From: Takakia lepidozioides
Lineage: Eukaryota > Plantae > Bryophyta
Reading direction: 5' to 3'
Assembly (NCBI GenBank): GCA_030704615.1
Contig: CM060734.1
Location: forward strand, 1,240,001 to 1,304,000
DNA: 64,000 nt
Below are positions 49,976-62,681 of this stretch, in pieces; position 1 is the first letter of the stretch, and each line of letters begins with the position of its first letter. The position numbers and the translations under genes were made by a program. Under the pieces are notes generated by a model. The model saw only the letters and a list, made by a program, of their open reading frames with translations, ran no database searches and was not told where the DNA came from.

Positions 49976-52321
49976 CTATTTATTGTGCCTACCAGGGGTG
50001 GCCCCCAGTCCCAGATGCAGATCTAATGAGATGTCATGGATTCCTGTGCTGGTATGTGGCTGATGTTGCACAGCCCCCTGCACCTGTGTTTGAGCTCTTC
50101 GTCTCCCCATATTTTCTCTGCCTACTGGGCCAACTCGCCCTCCCTGCAGTGGGCCTGGGGCTGGCTGCCGATATTGCTGGGCGGGCAGTTGTTGGTCAGG
50201 CCTCGGATGGAAAGAAGGACCTGCATACTGGGGTCCATGCATCCCGTGTGGAGGCATAGGGAAAAAGCTAGGTGCCTCTCCATATGTATTGGGGAATGAT
50301 GGTCTGGATCCTGGAAAGCCCATGGTGATAGGACCTGAATAGAAGAAATATGACTGGGGTGCACACTGCATTCCTGATGGCACTGGGGGAGGCATCCCTC
50401 CCATCCCCGACATGAAATTGAGATTGTGATGAGCATATGGATGGCCTGGAATGACCCCACCATGCATCATGGACATGCCATGTGCAATTGGGGCCATGCC
50501 CTCAAAGGTCCCCATGCTAATCCCATGGGGAGGCAGCAGCTGTTGCCCAGGAAGGCAATGCTGAGCACCAAAGCCTCCCCTGCCCCCATGAGCTGCTGCT
50601 ATCCTGTTGGCATGCAACTGTGCACGCTTGGCTTCTTGCCGCTCTCGCTTGTGCGCATTCTGGTGGCCGCCCAGTGCCTGTGAACTAGCAAATTCCCTTA
50701 AACAGTATTGGCATTCGTACTTGCGATTCTCCCATGTGGGAGTACTTGATCCTGAGCAAACACTCAGACCTTCTGTTACTGGATGTGCCCTATGTGGCGG
50801 GCAATTTGCGTCAGACCCGTGCCCACCCTCATTGTTAGAGTCCACATCCATATCCTGCTCAAGTGCAACTAGTCCCCCTTCCCTTGGACTGCTAGTCAAG
50901 GGGGGAATTACCTTTGACTCATCTGCCTCAGAAGTCTTCTGTGCCTGCTGATTCTCCCATCTGTCACCATGCAAACTTCTCAAACCTTCCTCTCTCTGAG
51001 TCTGCGGAGGTGACGTTCGGTTCACGTTGATCCCAAACAGCTTCACTGATTTCCCTGGTCTGTGCTGATCTCCGGGAGATCTAGAGAGCCTCAGTGTATT
51101 GCCTTCCTGGCAGACACTTCTACTAACAGATGGGGGTACTCTCTCTGAATCACTTGCGGATGCATACTCATCCCTGTAGCTCTGTGAAGATACTGGGGAG
51201 CCTCCTCCTGGACTCCCTTGCACAGACATATATCGCACACTAGGGGGACTCAACGAAAGCGATGTGGTGTCCAACCTTCCCATGTCCAGCTCTGCCACTT
51301 TGTCATCCTTAAAAAATGAGATTGTTGTGTGGGCAGGTACCGCAGGAGGGCCAGTTTTTGCCTGGTTATATGCCCTGTCAGTGCCGCGGTCCTTGTCTTC
51401 TCTCCCCTCATCTGGGTCTTCATCCCCCATTCCTCCTTGGGCTCTATACACCCGAATGCAATGCTCCACGACAATCGCCCCACCCTTTTCAACCTGCAGT
51501 TTTTAAACTACAAACTCAGCTAGACAAAAAGCCTCAAGCATCAATTGCTAGCAAAAAACTTACTTTACCACCAAAAACAGCCTAGTCGGCGAGCTGGAGT
51601 CCGCACAGTTGCAACAGTGGTGCATCATGAAGGCCTTGTCTTGCTTCCTTCTACAAACTTAAGAGCGTTGTGGTTCATTGATCTGGCTCATTGCTTTTCA
51701 GACTGTAGAAATCCTAATCCAACTTCATCATATGTCCTACTCTTCGTCACCACATTTCATCTTCCTTCAAAGGCTTGTTCAGCATTTAGATAACAGGGTT
51801 GTACCAACCTGCTGCTCAACTGCGGGCTGCATTGCCTTTTCCTTGACAAAGTTGGACCCTCCAGTTTCACTGGCCATGTCAACCACAGAAGCCTCCTTGC
51901 AGTTGATGCTGGAATCCTCGCTCAGAGGCTCCCCATGGAGGGGGCAAGCTTTGCATTCAGGGCTCACCAGTTCCAGGTAGGCAGACTGCTGCCCCTTCCT
52001 TTGTCCATAATCCAAATGCTTGTTTGACTTGCCATTGTTAGTCTGCAAGTGCCGCCGGTGCAACAAATCTTGGCCTATATCTGAGTAACAATTGTGTGCC
52101 CCCAGCATATCACTCCCTGAGGGCCAGCTTACTGCGGCCACCCTTTCACCCTCCACCTCCCCCTGGGCCTCCCTCTGCGGCTTGGTGGTTGATTCCACCA
52201 ATTCATCACTGTCATCATTGCAGCAGCCTTTACTGGTCCCACTTTCATCTTCACTCTGTACCTCATTACACACCGCCTGGGAGCTCGACACATGCAAATA
52301 TACCTCCACCGGTCTTGTCAT
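49976..52321 (-). CDS. Single C2H2 (QALGGH) zinc-finger transcription factor, GIS/ZFP-like, with a C-terminal EAR motif; predicted exons 52321-51809 and 51493-49976
   Basis: [34 protein letters not shown] and C-terminal [10 protein letters not shown] phase-0 GT-AG intron joins the upstream ORF. Exon 1 is less certain; alternative ATG at 51430. Confidence 0.85.
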
Positions 52322-55300
52322 TCGATAAACAACCGCTCTCCAGCTCCCTCGCTCCAATAAACCACCCGATCCCCTCTCTCACTTCACCAGCTCTCCGCTA
52401 CACTACACGGGCGTTGGAGGAGTTCACCAAGCTGGTTATATGCTGTGAAGACGCAGTCGCGTGACTTCCTCACACTGCAATATCTGGTGTTACCACAACA
52501 CTGAGGCCCAATCCTCCCAATCCTCTTTTCTACAAGCCACATCCATCTTTCTGACCCTTTTAGTTCTATCAAACACAGCTGTCCAAATCTCTTCTCTTCC
52601 TTCTCTAGCCACACCCTTCCACCTTCCCATCCTGCCTCCTCACATCCTCTCAAAACAATAAAATAACCACAAGACACTTGCTTCCCCCCAAACAAGAGAC
52701 ACCTTGAAACCCCACTTGTCAAACCACGTCCAACTACCCCAGCCAGCGAGCTTTGCTAACCCTTCCATTCCCTTCCCCAAACAGCAGTCACCAAACCTCC
52801 TGCTACCAGAAGGCAGACACCTGGTTGCAGCAACTGACACACATTTTCACAGCTGCCTTGCCCTAATCAGCAAGGCAAGGACAAACAACACACCAAACTC
52901 TACTCACTCCACCAAATCCATACCAGTCTACCACCCACCAACATCTAGTTCGCATCTAGCCAGCAAGAACAAGAACACAACTAGATCTGCTGCAGAGCTG
53001 AGCTCTCTGGAAATGGATCAAGCCACGGAGGCAAGAAGACGGCAGGGAGGCTCCCCAGATGTTGCAAGGAGCTGGGTGGTGAGTGACGAGTTTCACGAAA
53101 AGGTTGCTTTTTGCGGAATGTGTGCATCATGCTGTTAGGATAAAAATAAACTGCAATCCTAATAGCATGTGCAAAACACCTGGAGCATATTCTCAATCAG
53201 AGAAACGCCTGAAGGTCATTTGTCAAAACAAGATGAGGCTCACAGATTATGCTTTAGAATGTTTTAATGCCTAAGATTTTTTTGTTCGCTACACTCCCCT
53301 AAGGCCAGCAGGACCCCCTCTGCCTATGGCATTTGCAAAGTGTACTCAACTGGTGCTGGTACAGCAGCCAGCTTTTTCATCATCAATTCCATTTTTTCCA
53401 TATACTCCTCACCAGTTTCATGCTTCTTTTGAGTGCGTCCACCTACTCAGCCAGGTTGTAGGCACTGTGATTTAGGAGGACATAACTTGACATCACACCC
53501 ATTGTATACACCAGAAGGGAAAAGTGGGGAAAAGGTTTGAAGGATCTTGGGGTGGGTACCTTTCAAGGAAACCACTCCAGCCATCTGTCAAATTGTTGTA
53601 GCCCATATTTAGGTTTTCGAAGGTTGACAAGACCTGCATAAATGAACATGGGGGATCAGCGGTTGTCCACCACACAGAAGCTACTCTATCTGTAAACAAA
53701 CAGAGAAACTGCCAATGAAAAACTGAACTTCCAGCGTTGGGCACCCCGAATCAGGACGGTAGCCCAGCCCGACTGACTTGAGGGCTGTCAGCGAAATCAG
53801 CCCCGTATGCACAACATCCCCCAGCGGATCACATGAATGACTAGAGATGAGGTCCATGACCTATGTCCTCTCCCAACATTGAACGCTGGACTCCAGTGCT
53901 GGTTGCACATGATCATTTCCTCTAAGTCTCACAGCACCAAAAATCTTAGAGTTTAATTGGATTCAATGACAAAAGAGTCAAACGAATACTCTTTTGCCCC
54001 TTTGTAAAAATGCACTACCCAGACTCACCAAGGAGCAATAAGCATGGAGAAAACCCAGTAAATATCTGATCCAACCTTTTGGTTCTCCATTTGAGGCCAT
54101 GACTAATCAAGCCCAGGGGACACTTCCCCAAGGTAATGAGAGTCATAATATTCACCTTCATGGCATCAAATACACTACCAGAGGCATCCCCTTCCCAAAC
54201 TGACTAAAAGCCAAGAGTAAACTTGCGGCAAAATAAAAGCTAAGCTTACCCTCCAAAGCCCTTCCGTAGCCCAAAACGATGAGCTATCTACGCTCCCATC
54301 ATAGAGGAGGACAAGGGAGTTCATTATACTTAGAAGAGGAAAGCAGCACATCACAGTCCCTAAAGACTAACTATCTGAAGCTCAAGTATGACACATCTGG
54401 CACCTGAAGAAACCAGATCAGCGTCCCAGCCAACAGTCTTAAGGAGCCTCCGCTCTCAAAAAAACAGGGCAAGGTAGAGTCAAAGTGTGCCAAAGACACG
54501 CTACTCAACATACCCTGTAAATTAGGGCCGAAACAGACGCAATTCGTTCGTCCCATGATCGGTTGTCTGTCTTGTGTTTCTCATTGACCTACGTGCTAAT
54601 TGCCATCAATTGAGAACTTGGGAGGCATGCCAAAACCACAACATTCATGAGACATGTAGGTCTGCGCCCAGAGGTAGGAGGAATCCAGCAACCTGGAAAT
54701 GATTGATAAATGAATATGTTCCATGATCCTTTTGGAAGTCGAACGACTTAGTTCGTCAGCGGTGAGAGGGAAGCTCTTTTGCACAAACAGGGAGCCGAAA
54801 GAGCCACATAGTACAAGTGCCGTTCAGAAGGGCTCTCACTACACTGTACGAGCTCAAAAATTACTATTTAAATCCGTGTGGATCATTTGAAAGCAGAGAA
54901 AGGAAAACAAGCAGTAACAGACAGACACCACAACAAAACGCCCGCGCCCCACACCCCACCTCCCCACCACAGACAACCAACTAAAACCCAACTGCTGAAT
55001 TTACAGCGATCTCGTCACTCGATCAAGCAGGCGAGCAGCGATTGTCGCAGGGCGAGCGGGCAGGCCGCACTAACGCGCATGCAGCACCAGCCTGCTGGGC
55101 GCCCTTCGTCGCATTTGGGATTCACTCCCGCGGCTCGGCATTTGGGCGAGTGCCATGTGGCGGCCCGGCCGGGCTGGCGAGCGGGCCGGGGCGCGGGTCA
55201 GTGATCTCCCGCTTTATGTCGGCTTTCCGGGCCCGCGCTTGTGAGTTGCTGGCCGCACACTCGGCGCCCTCCCTTGCCGACTCAGCCCCGTCTCCACTCT

Positions 55301-55679
55301 CCGCCACATCTTCTGCCTCGATCCCCGCCGCTCGTTTCCTCGTTGCGCAGACGGATGACTTCCTTCTACTTCGATGTGTTCCACTCTCGTTACTTCAACG
55401 TCATACCATCTTCTTCTTTTTTAATTTATTAATATGTAGATGGGGGACTTGGCTGTTTTAAAAACAGGGCAATCTGGGTAAGCTGGGCCTCTTAAACATT
55501 TTATGCCCCAAATGAGGTGGAGGAAAGGTCTTATCAGTAATAACCTTTTGCAATAGGAGGTGATTTTAACATGGTAGAAGATGAGGATGACCGCCTTGGT
55601 CCTTCTGCTCACAGTTTATCTGCAGTTGAAAGAAATTTTTGGCCATCGGGCTTCTTGATGCTACTGCCCCAGTCAGGAT

Positions 55680-56070
55680 GAGCTAAAGTTCACCTGGTCT
55701 AATAATAGAAGTCCTCCTAACTTGTGTCAGGCCAGGTTAGACAGATTTTATTGCACTGCCTTGCTTCTACCGTGGGCAAAAAGGATTCCTATTGATACCA
55801 TACAACCTGGTTTTGATCACTCCGCAATACTAATGCTGCTCAACACCCCGGGCTCCAGAGTTAGGGGCAGGGGCTTCTTCAAACTGAACCCAACAGTCTT
55901 GCTGGACCCACTTGTGGTCCAATCTCTGGAAAGTGCCTGGACATCTGCTACCTCTCCTTCTCCTCTCCAACACTGCTTTTCCTCTCTAAGCTTCAGCTTA
56001 TCCGAAAGTGTTGCCAGGAGATCTCCAGGAAAAAGGCTGAGGAGAGCTCCAGAAAACAAAAAGCTTTGAC
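55680..56070 (+). mobile_element. L1-type LINE endonuclease fragment
   Basis: ARLDRFY...FDHSAI...GRGFFKLNPTVL. Confidence 0.7.
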
Positions 56071-57270
56071 GACATACCAGCCAGCCAAAACGGGGGATGT
56101 CGACCAATGGCCCCTCTTGCGCTGCAGCATGAGGGCCCGCACAGGCTGGGTACTGCAGGCCTCCTTGGTACTCAGCCTGCACCCGAGCCTGGGAGGCAAG
56201 GGCCGCCTGATTCCCAGCATGCAACAGACACCATGAAAGGAGACTCCAACGCCATGATAATCAAGCACCCGAATGCGTAAGCAGCAAAGGCAAACCATAA
56301 GCAGCAGGGCTACCCAACGGACAATCGCACTCTGCCACCAATGCTGCTACTCTATCTTTTGGCTAGTTCCCTCGTTGACCCTCCTTCTCTATGTTGGCTA
56401 TGGCCCTTGTGTTCTCCCCCTCTTATCAACGCAATGCGCACACATTACACATGTTCATCTTTGTCTCTATTACCCACCGAGCTCCCTCACACTACTATAC
56501 ACCCAACTCTTATGCTTCAAATCTCTCTGCCGCTCCCGCGGCACCCCAACTAACAACTAACCCCTCTATGCATGGCCACTGCACCCACATCCAAAGCTCC
56601 TCTCACCCCCAACACTTGCCGAGCTCCGCCGGTTGGAACATCCCACACTCCCCTTCCGATTCAAAACTCTCCTCTCCCCTCCCTCGAGACCCCACTATGC
56701 TCTGCACGATGACATCCCACACTCACCACACCCGTCACGCAAGGCCCGCCTGCAGGGCCTACCCGCGCCCGCCACCTCGTCATTCCCGTACCCACCGCCC
56801 CACACTTGTCCCGCCACCTTTTATAAAAACACCTCCCCAAAATCATTCAAATCCAACCCAAACAATATACCATCTACGCCTATATCCCAGAATCCGTATA
56901 CGCGGAAAACTAACGGCCCTCTTATCCCCTTCCCTCCACCGACCAGGCATCTTTACCAAATTACACCCCCCTATAAAAACACTAAACCTATCTTTCTACC
57001 AACGGATGTCATATAAATGTGGATGAATGTACCCCATCCAAGCCCCCCACCTATACAATGCCTACCTCCCTATTACCTCCCGTACATGTCCTACACAAAC
57101 ACATATGTTCCGCACCTCTATAAAGGGCGACCGCACACGCTACCACCCCCCCCCCCCCAAAATAAAATGGGCGCTAAATACTCCAGCATGACCCATCAAC
57201 CAACCCATCCCCAATATATTTCCCCTATATACCCCATTGGCACCAGCTCTACCATCTCCCAACCTACCCA

Positions 57271-57946
57271 GGGTAGTTGCAGCCTACGTGGACCAAAATG
57301 AAACACACCATGAGTCCCTACAAGTACATAAAGGGGGATGTGGCGAATCCTCAACCATTGGATTCGCTTCAATTTACAATCTCAACCGTCTATGATTGAC
57401 CATTAAATATTTTATTTTCAGATCACGATAGTTTTTTTTTCAAATTTGACCTTGATCCACCCCGGGGGTTTACCCTTGGTCTATGTATTTAATGAGGTAG
57501 TGTTGATATTTCAAAGAATTCTATATGTAAAGGACTTTACGAAAATAGTTATTTTGAAGGCTCAAAATAGTACATAAAATTTATATTACTCAATATTTTT
57601 GAGTGGATGTTTTCATTCTAGATTCTTTATCCCTCAAAGCACATTTGGTCAAGTCCCCTTTTCTAATTTTCTATTAATCATGCTCTAAAAAAAGTCCAAA
57701 ACGGCTTTTTATATGGACTATACCAAATCCTTATGGACTTGTTCCAAAGTCCATAATTTCTAACCATTTGTTTTTTTGGTTATTAGACTTGGAATAGGGG
57801 AAATATATGTAGTTGAGCCTTCATAGCTTAGTCCCTTTTTACTATCAGCATTGCCATTTAGGAGTATGATAATTTACAACTAATCAAGGTCCCAAAAAAA
57901 CAGTGTTGTGACAGCATTTTTGGTCCACCGTAGGCTGCAACTGCCC
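57271..57946. mobile_element. Non-autonomous TIR element (MITE), Sola-like
   Basis: TIRs of about 30 bp, GGGTAGTTGCAGCCTACGTGGACCAAAATG / CATTTTTGGTCCACCGTAGGCTGCAACTGCCC, 4-bp TSD CCCA, AT-rich interior. Confidence 0.85.
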
Positions 57947-60900
57947 CCCACCAAATTCTTTTATCATTCACTAGCCCCTCCCACATCCTGACAATCCGCG
58001 GCACGCACCACCGGGCCAACTTCCTCACCCACAGTCCATATGGCAGACATTACAAATACCCAGCAAAATCTAAACATTATTACCATCACCCTCCCAACCC
58101 TAACTGCGCGTATATGCATACGAGCCTAGACCTAATCCTCTTGCGGTGTGGTGATATCCACCCTAACCCGGGCCCGACCACCATTACTGAAATTATCAGA
58201 AATCTATCAGCAGATGAACAAGAGAGATATGCCCTATACTTTCAACCAAACACCATCTCTCTTATACATAGCTATCGTCATATACTCGACCACTTCACCC
58301 CTTTCCTCCCAAACTGCCAAAACCCCGACAGCACACCCCCACACCATATTACAACCTTTGGGCTACCCCCCAACTGCTACCCAGCACTCACTACAACTTT
58401 ATTTAAACTCAAGACTTTCTCCGCCTCACAGCTCATTTTCTCCCTTATCGTTACCATCTCCCCTCTCCCAGAGACATGTAATGGATACTTTAACTCTCAC
58501 TCGACCTCTAAAATCCGCTCTCTCCTACACCAACTACACATACTGCCCCCGCTCCCCAACCAATACATGGCCCCCCCTCACTACTTAGCCGAGATCCACA
58601 CCTCCCTCAAACTATGCCTTTCACACCGCTCCGTGCCCTATAAACCCACTAGGGGCGGTGTTGCATTGGGTATCCTCCACACACACCACTCTCCCAGCAC
58701 CAGTACCAAAATCACAGTCCCTATCCCCATCCGATCACATCTACAAATTATCCAACTACACCCACCAGCATTATGTCCCATCACCCTCATACACTTATAT
58801 ATATGCCATCTCATGCCGACGACCTCCCCCTCATACCAGAAATAATACACACTATCTCCCACGCAGTCACCCATCCAGATCACCAACACCATCATGTCAT
58901 CCTAGCAGGTGACTTTAACAGAGACATTGCACTATTAGGCCACTCATACAATGGCACTCACAAACCCCCCTCGGCTCCTGACCACGAATGGACCAAATTC
59001 ATCCAGCTTCTAAAGCTTAAATATATATCCGCCGATTACCACTACTCCCGACAAGGGGGTCTTCACTATCCCTCCCTAAGCCTACTCGGCGGTTTCTACC
59101 TCAGATCTAGTAATGAAATCCCCACATACCTCCACAGTCACGTTCATATCAATAGCCTATGCAACTCCGATCATTGCCCGATCTCTATCTCTCTCCCCCC
59201 ATCTCTTGTCCCATTCCGACCCATTCCAGATGTACATACCCCACCCCTTCAACTCAGAATTCTCTCACCCATCCCACAAAACAATCTTAGGACCTTCCAA
59301 GAACACTTCCACGCCGCATCCTCTACCTTCATACACAAAAACTCCATTATTCTCTCCGACACTAATATACTCTTATCTCCCGAGGCAACATGGACCGTGG
59401 CCGAGATTACTCTCTCATCTACGATGCTAGAAATGACTAAATGTGTCTTAGCCACATGCTCAGCGCCCCCCGACCTCCCACAAACCGATCGCTCAAAGCA
59501 AAACGGAGGATACCTCACAAGGACCCAGAAACGGGCATGGTCATCCCACCTCTTGATATCTACCATACCATACAACGGGCTCTTGCCGTCATACCCCATT
59601 CCCCATCCCCATCATATAACAACTGGAGAATTGACCCCCGCATAACCTGTTTAAATAACTTAGACGTATGCCAACCACTCCTACCTCCATCTGCGGACAC
59701 TACCTCTCTCCCCCAATGGCTTGCCTCACTATCCAAAATTGGTCGCAACGCAAAAAAAAACCGCATACCTTATCACAAAAGAAAAAGCCACTGCCAATCA
59801 CAAAAAAATCGTCGTCTCCTTTGGCAAACTATTACATGAACGAGCCCACAAAGCCATCTTCAACCCTGCGATTAACCCTCCCATTGACTGCCTTAAACAT
59901 AGACTAGGCCACCTGTTAACCAAACCAGCTGACATTCGGGATGAAATCTGGTCGCAGGCATCGTCCTCCTACACACCCACAGTCTCTAACTGTCTACACC
60001 CAAGACAGTACGCACCCACTTGCTTATGCAAAGTCAAGCACTATCCTTGGCACGATCTTGACGGCTTCTCCCTAGAAAAACGAGACCCCCCCCTCCCCCC
60101 ACAGACCGCATATTGAACCTCTTCACAAAAGCCATATATGACTCTTGTCTCAAAAACCTATCCAAAGCCAAGGCGCCTGGCCCGGACCTCATACACAATG
60201 CCATACTCCAAGTACTCCCTCTTTAAATTCTTCCAACTCTGCTACCAGCTCCATCGTATACCACACTCCTGGAAGCATAGCCGGACAATTCTACTATTCA
60301 AAAAAGGTGACCCCACGGACCTCAGTAACTACAGGCCTATCGCACTAGCAAACACTATATACAAACTATTCACTAGTACTCTGACAACAATGCTATCTAC
60401 CTATGGGGAACAACAGTGGATCCTCAGTGACCCACAAGAGGGTTTTCGCGCCACGCGAAGCACCACCAGACAAATACAATATGTCATATCGGCCCTAGAG
60501 AACGCAAAACTTACCAAACAAGACATATATCTCCTCTGTATCGACTTCAAAAATGGCTTTGGCTTCCTAGACCATCCCCGCCTGCTCGCCATCATGACAG
60601 ATCTAGGATACCCTACAGATGTTATTCAACTCATTGGTAACATCTACACCAACAGCACCACAGAATACGCTGGTTCTTACTACAGCTCCACTCCTCCTAT
60701 CCCCATACTCCGGGGAACAATTCAAGGAGACACTTTGAGCCCCTACCTATTCATCATATTTCTTGAACCCCTGCTCAGATGGCTCGCCCGTGGTAACCTA
60801 GGATACCAATACAAAACCTCTTCTAATAAAATCACCGCTGCAGCCTATGCAGACGATCTTGCCATACTAACACACAAACCCCAACATCTTAACCGTTAAG

Positions 60901-62641
60901 TTGACAAATTATCTCGCTTTAACCAGTGGTCTGGCATGGAGCTCAGCCTCCACAAATGTGCAGTCACCGCCGCCACACATTGTAGTAAACTCACAAAATC
61001 CACGATAGCCTCCCACTGCAAACTTCACATACATTATCAACAAAAAACCTTCCCCTTCTTAGGCCAGACGAGCCATACACCTACCTGGGCATCCAACTGG
61101 TCCCCTCACTCACATGGAAGGTACAGAAATCCACAACACTCTCTAAACTAACCAACAAAATCTTGGCCCTCCTCAAAGCCGGTTTCCATTCGCCCCAAAC
61201 TAGCTATCATCCAAACAGTCCTCAAACCCCCAAGTTCAATACGCCTTTCATGCAGCCCCCTTCTCCCTACCCGACATCAAACATATTGATAAAAATATTG
61301 TTCAGCTCACCAAACGCATATGTGGCCTACCCAGTAGCACCCCAAATGCTCTTACTCAGCTTCCACAGGACAGTTATGGCATAGGATCTAGTCCCCTTAT
61401 CATCTCATACGCCCGTACCCTCGGCTCACAACTACAATAAGCCCTAAATGACCCCGGTCTCTTAGGGCTCATCTTCAGAGGTCTCCTTAAACACCTGGCA
61501 GATAAATACAATGGACTGTACTCCCTTCCCACCCTTCACCCCCAATCCTGCCTTCACTCCCCAGTCGCCCGCACACTGCGTATAGCAAAGTTGGTTAGGT
61601 TCAATGGCGGCTAATGCTGTTACCCCGGGGGGAAGTTGTAGAAGGGGGTGTTGTTGGTCAGGTGGCCTTTGTTATGTGAGAATGAGGATAGTGGCGGAGG
61701 AGGGGGAGGAACGGGCAGCAAGGCGTGCCCCTTGGAGGGCCGCATGTGTGAGAGGTCCAGGTGGCTGGTGGGCAAGGCCATGGCCTGACCACGTGTGCTG
61801 AGTCGCGGAGCCAAGAGCCCCAAAGACACAGTTCCTGGGGTATGGGTGGACTTGAGTAATAGAGTGGGTAATCTGAAATGAGGCGATAAATTTTTTGAGG
61901 ATGTCCGCCGGAACGAGGCTATGGACATAGGCTTGAGCAAGTTTGTCGAGGGTACGGGGTTTTTTAGTGGGGGTGTTGCGTGTGTATCTGTCAACTAGCC
62001 AGCAAACTTCAGTGGCGAAGTCTTGCCTAGGGGGTTGTAGCTGGCTAGTGTGGATGGTGCAGGCAGTATATCGCTCCTAGAGCGATCCTCATATGAGGGA
62101 TTGACCCGACAAAGTGTCCATTGAGTGTGTATATGTTAGTTACGGAGCGGCTGGGACAGATGACGGGGTGTGTTTGGTCAATGTCTTTGTCAAGGTTACA
62201 TTCCGAAATTGTTATACGAATTTTTGGGGCGATAAGTGGGGTGTGGATGTATCGGGCGTCCCTAGATTGGGTTTGGGAGACATGGTGTTTGTGGGGGTGT
62301 GTTAGGTATTTGGTGTTAGTTGATTTGTGAAAGTTGGTGAGGAGTTTGCGGTTGTGGGCAAGGTCACAGTCTTCATGGTTCCCGAAGAGGTCTTCTTCTA
62401 TTTGCCATGTGTTGTCTTCAATAGGGAAGTCAGCCCATTTACATAGATAGTATGTATCGACACATGTGGCGCCAAAGGCGTCTAGAGAGGTTTGGGTTTT
62501 AATGCCATGGATAGCCTCTATAACGAAGGCCTCTGGGTGGTTTGGTTTTGTTGGGTGGGGGTTGAGCGCTTGAGCGGTAGGAGTTGGGGAGATGGGGGGG
62601 TAGGTTGGTGTTGACTAGGTGTTGAGAGTGGAGAGGGAAAG

Positions 62642-62644
<3 letters not shown>

Positions 62645-62679
<35 letters not shown>
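62645..62679. repeat. G35 homopolymer
   Basis: Direct reading; it is poly-C on the LINE sense strand. Confidence 0.85.

Positions 62680-62681
<2 letters not shown>

Noticed and set aside
54870-55420. GC-rich island as a promoter or gene start
   Set aside because: No downstream exon could be supported
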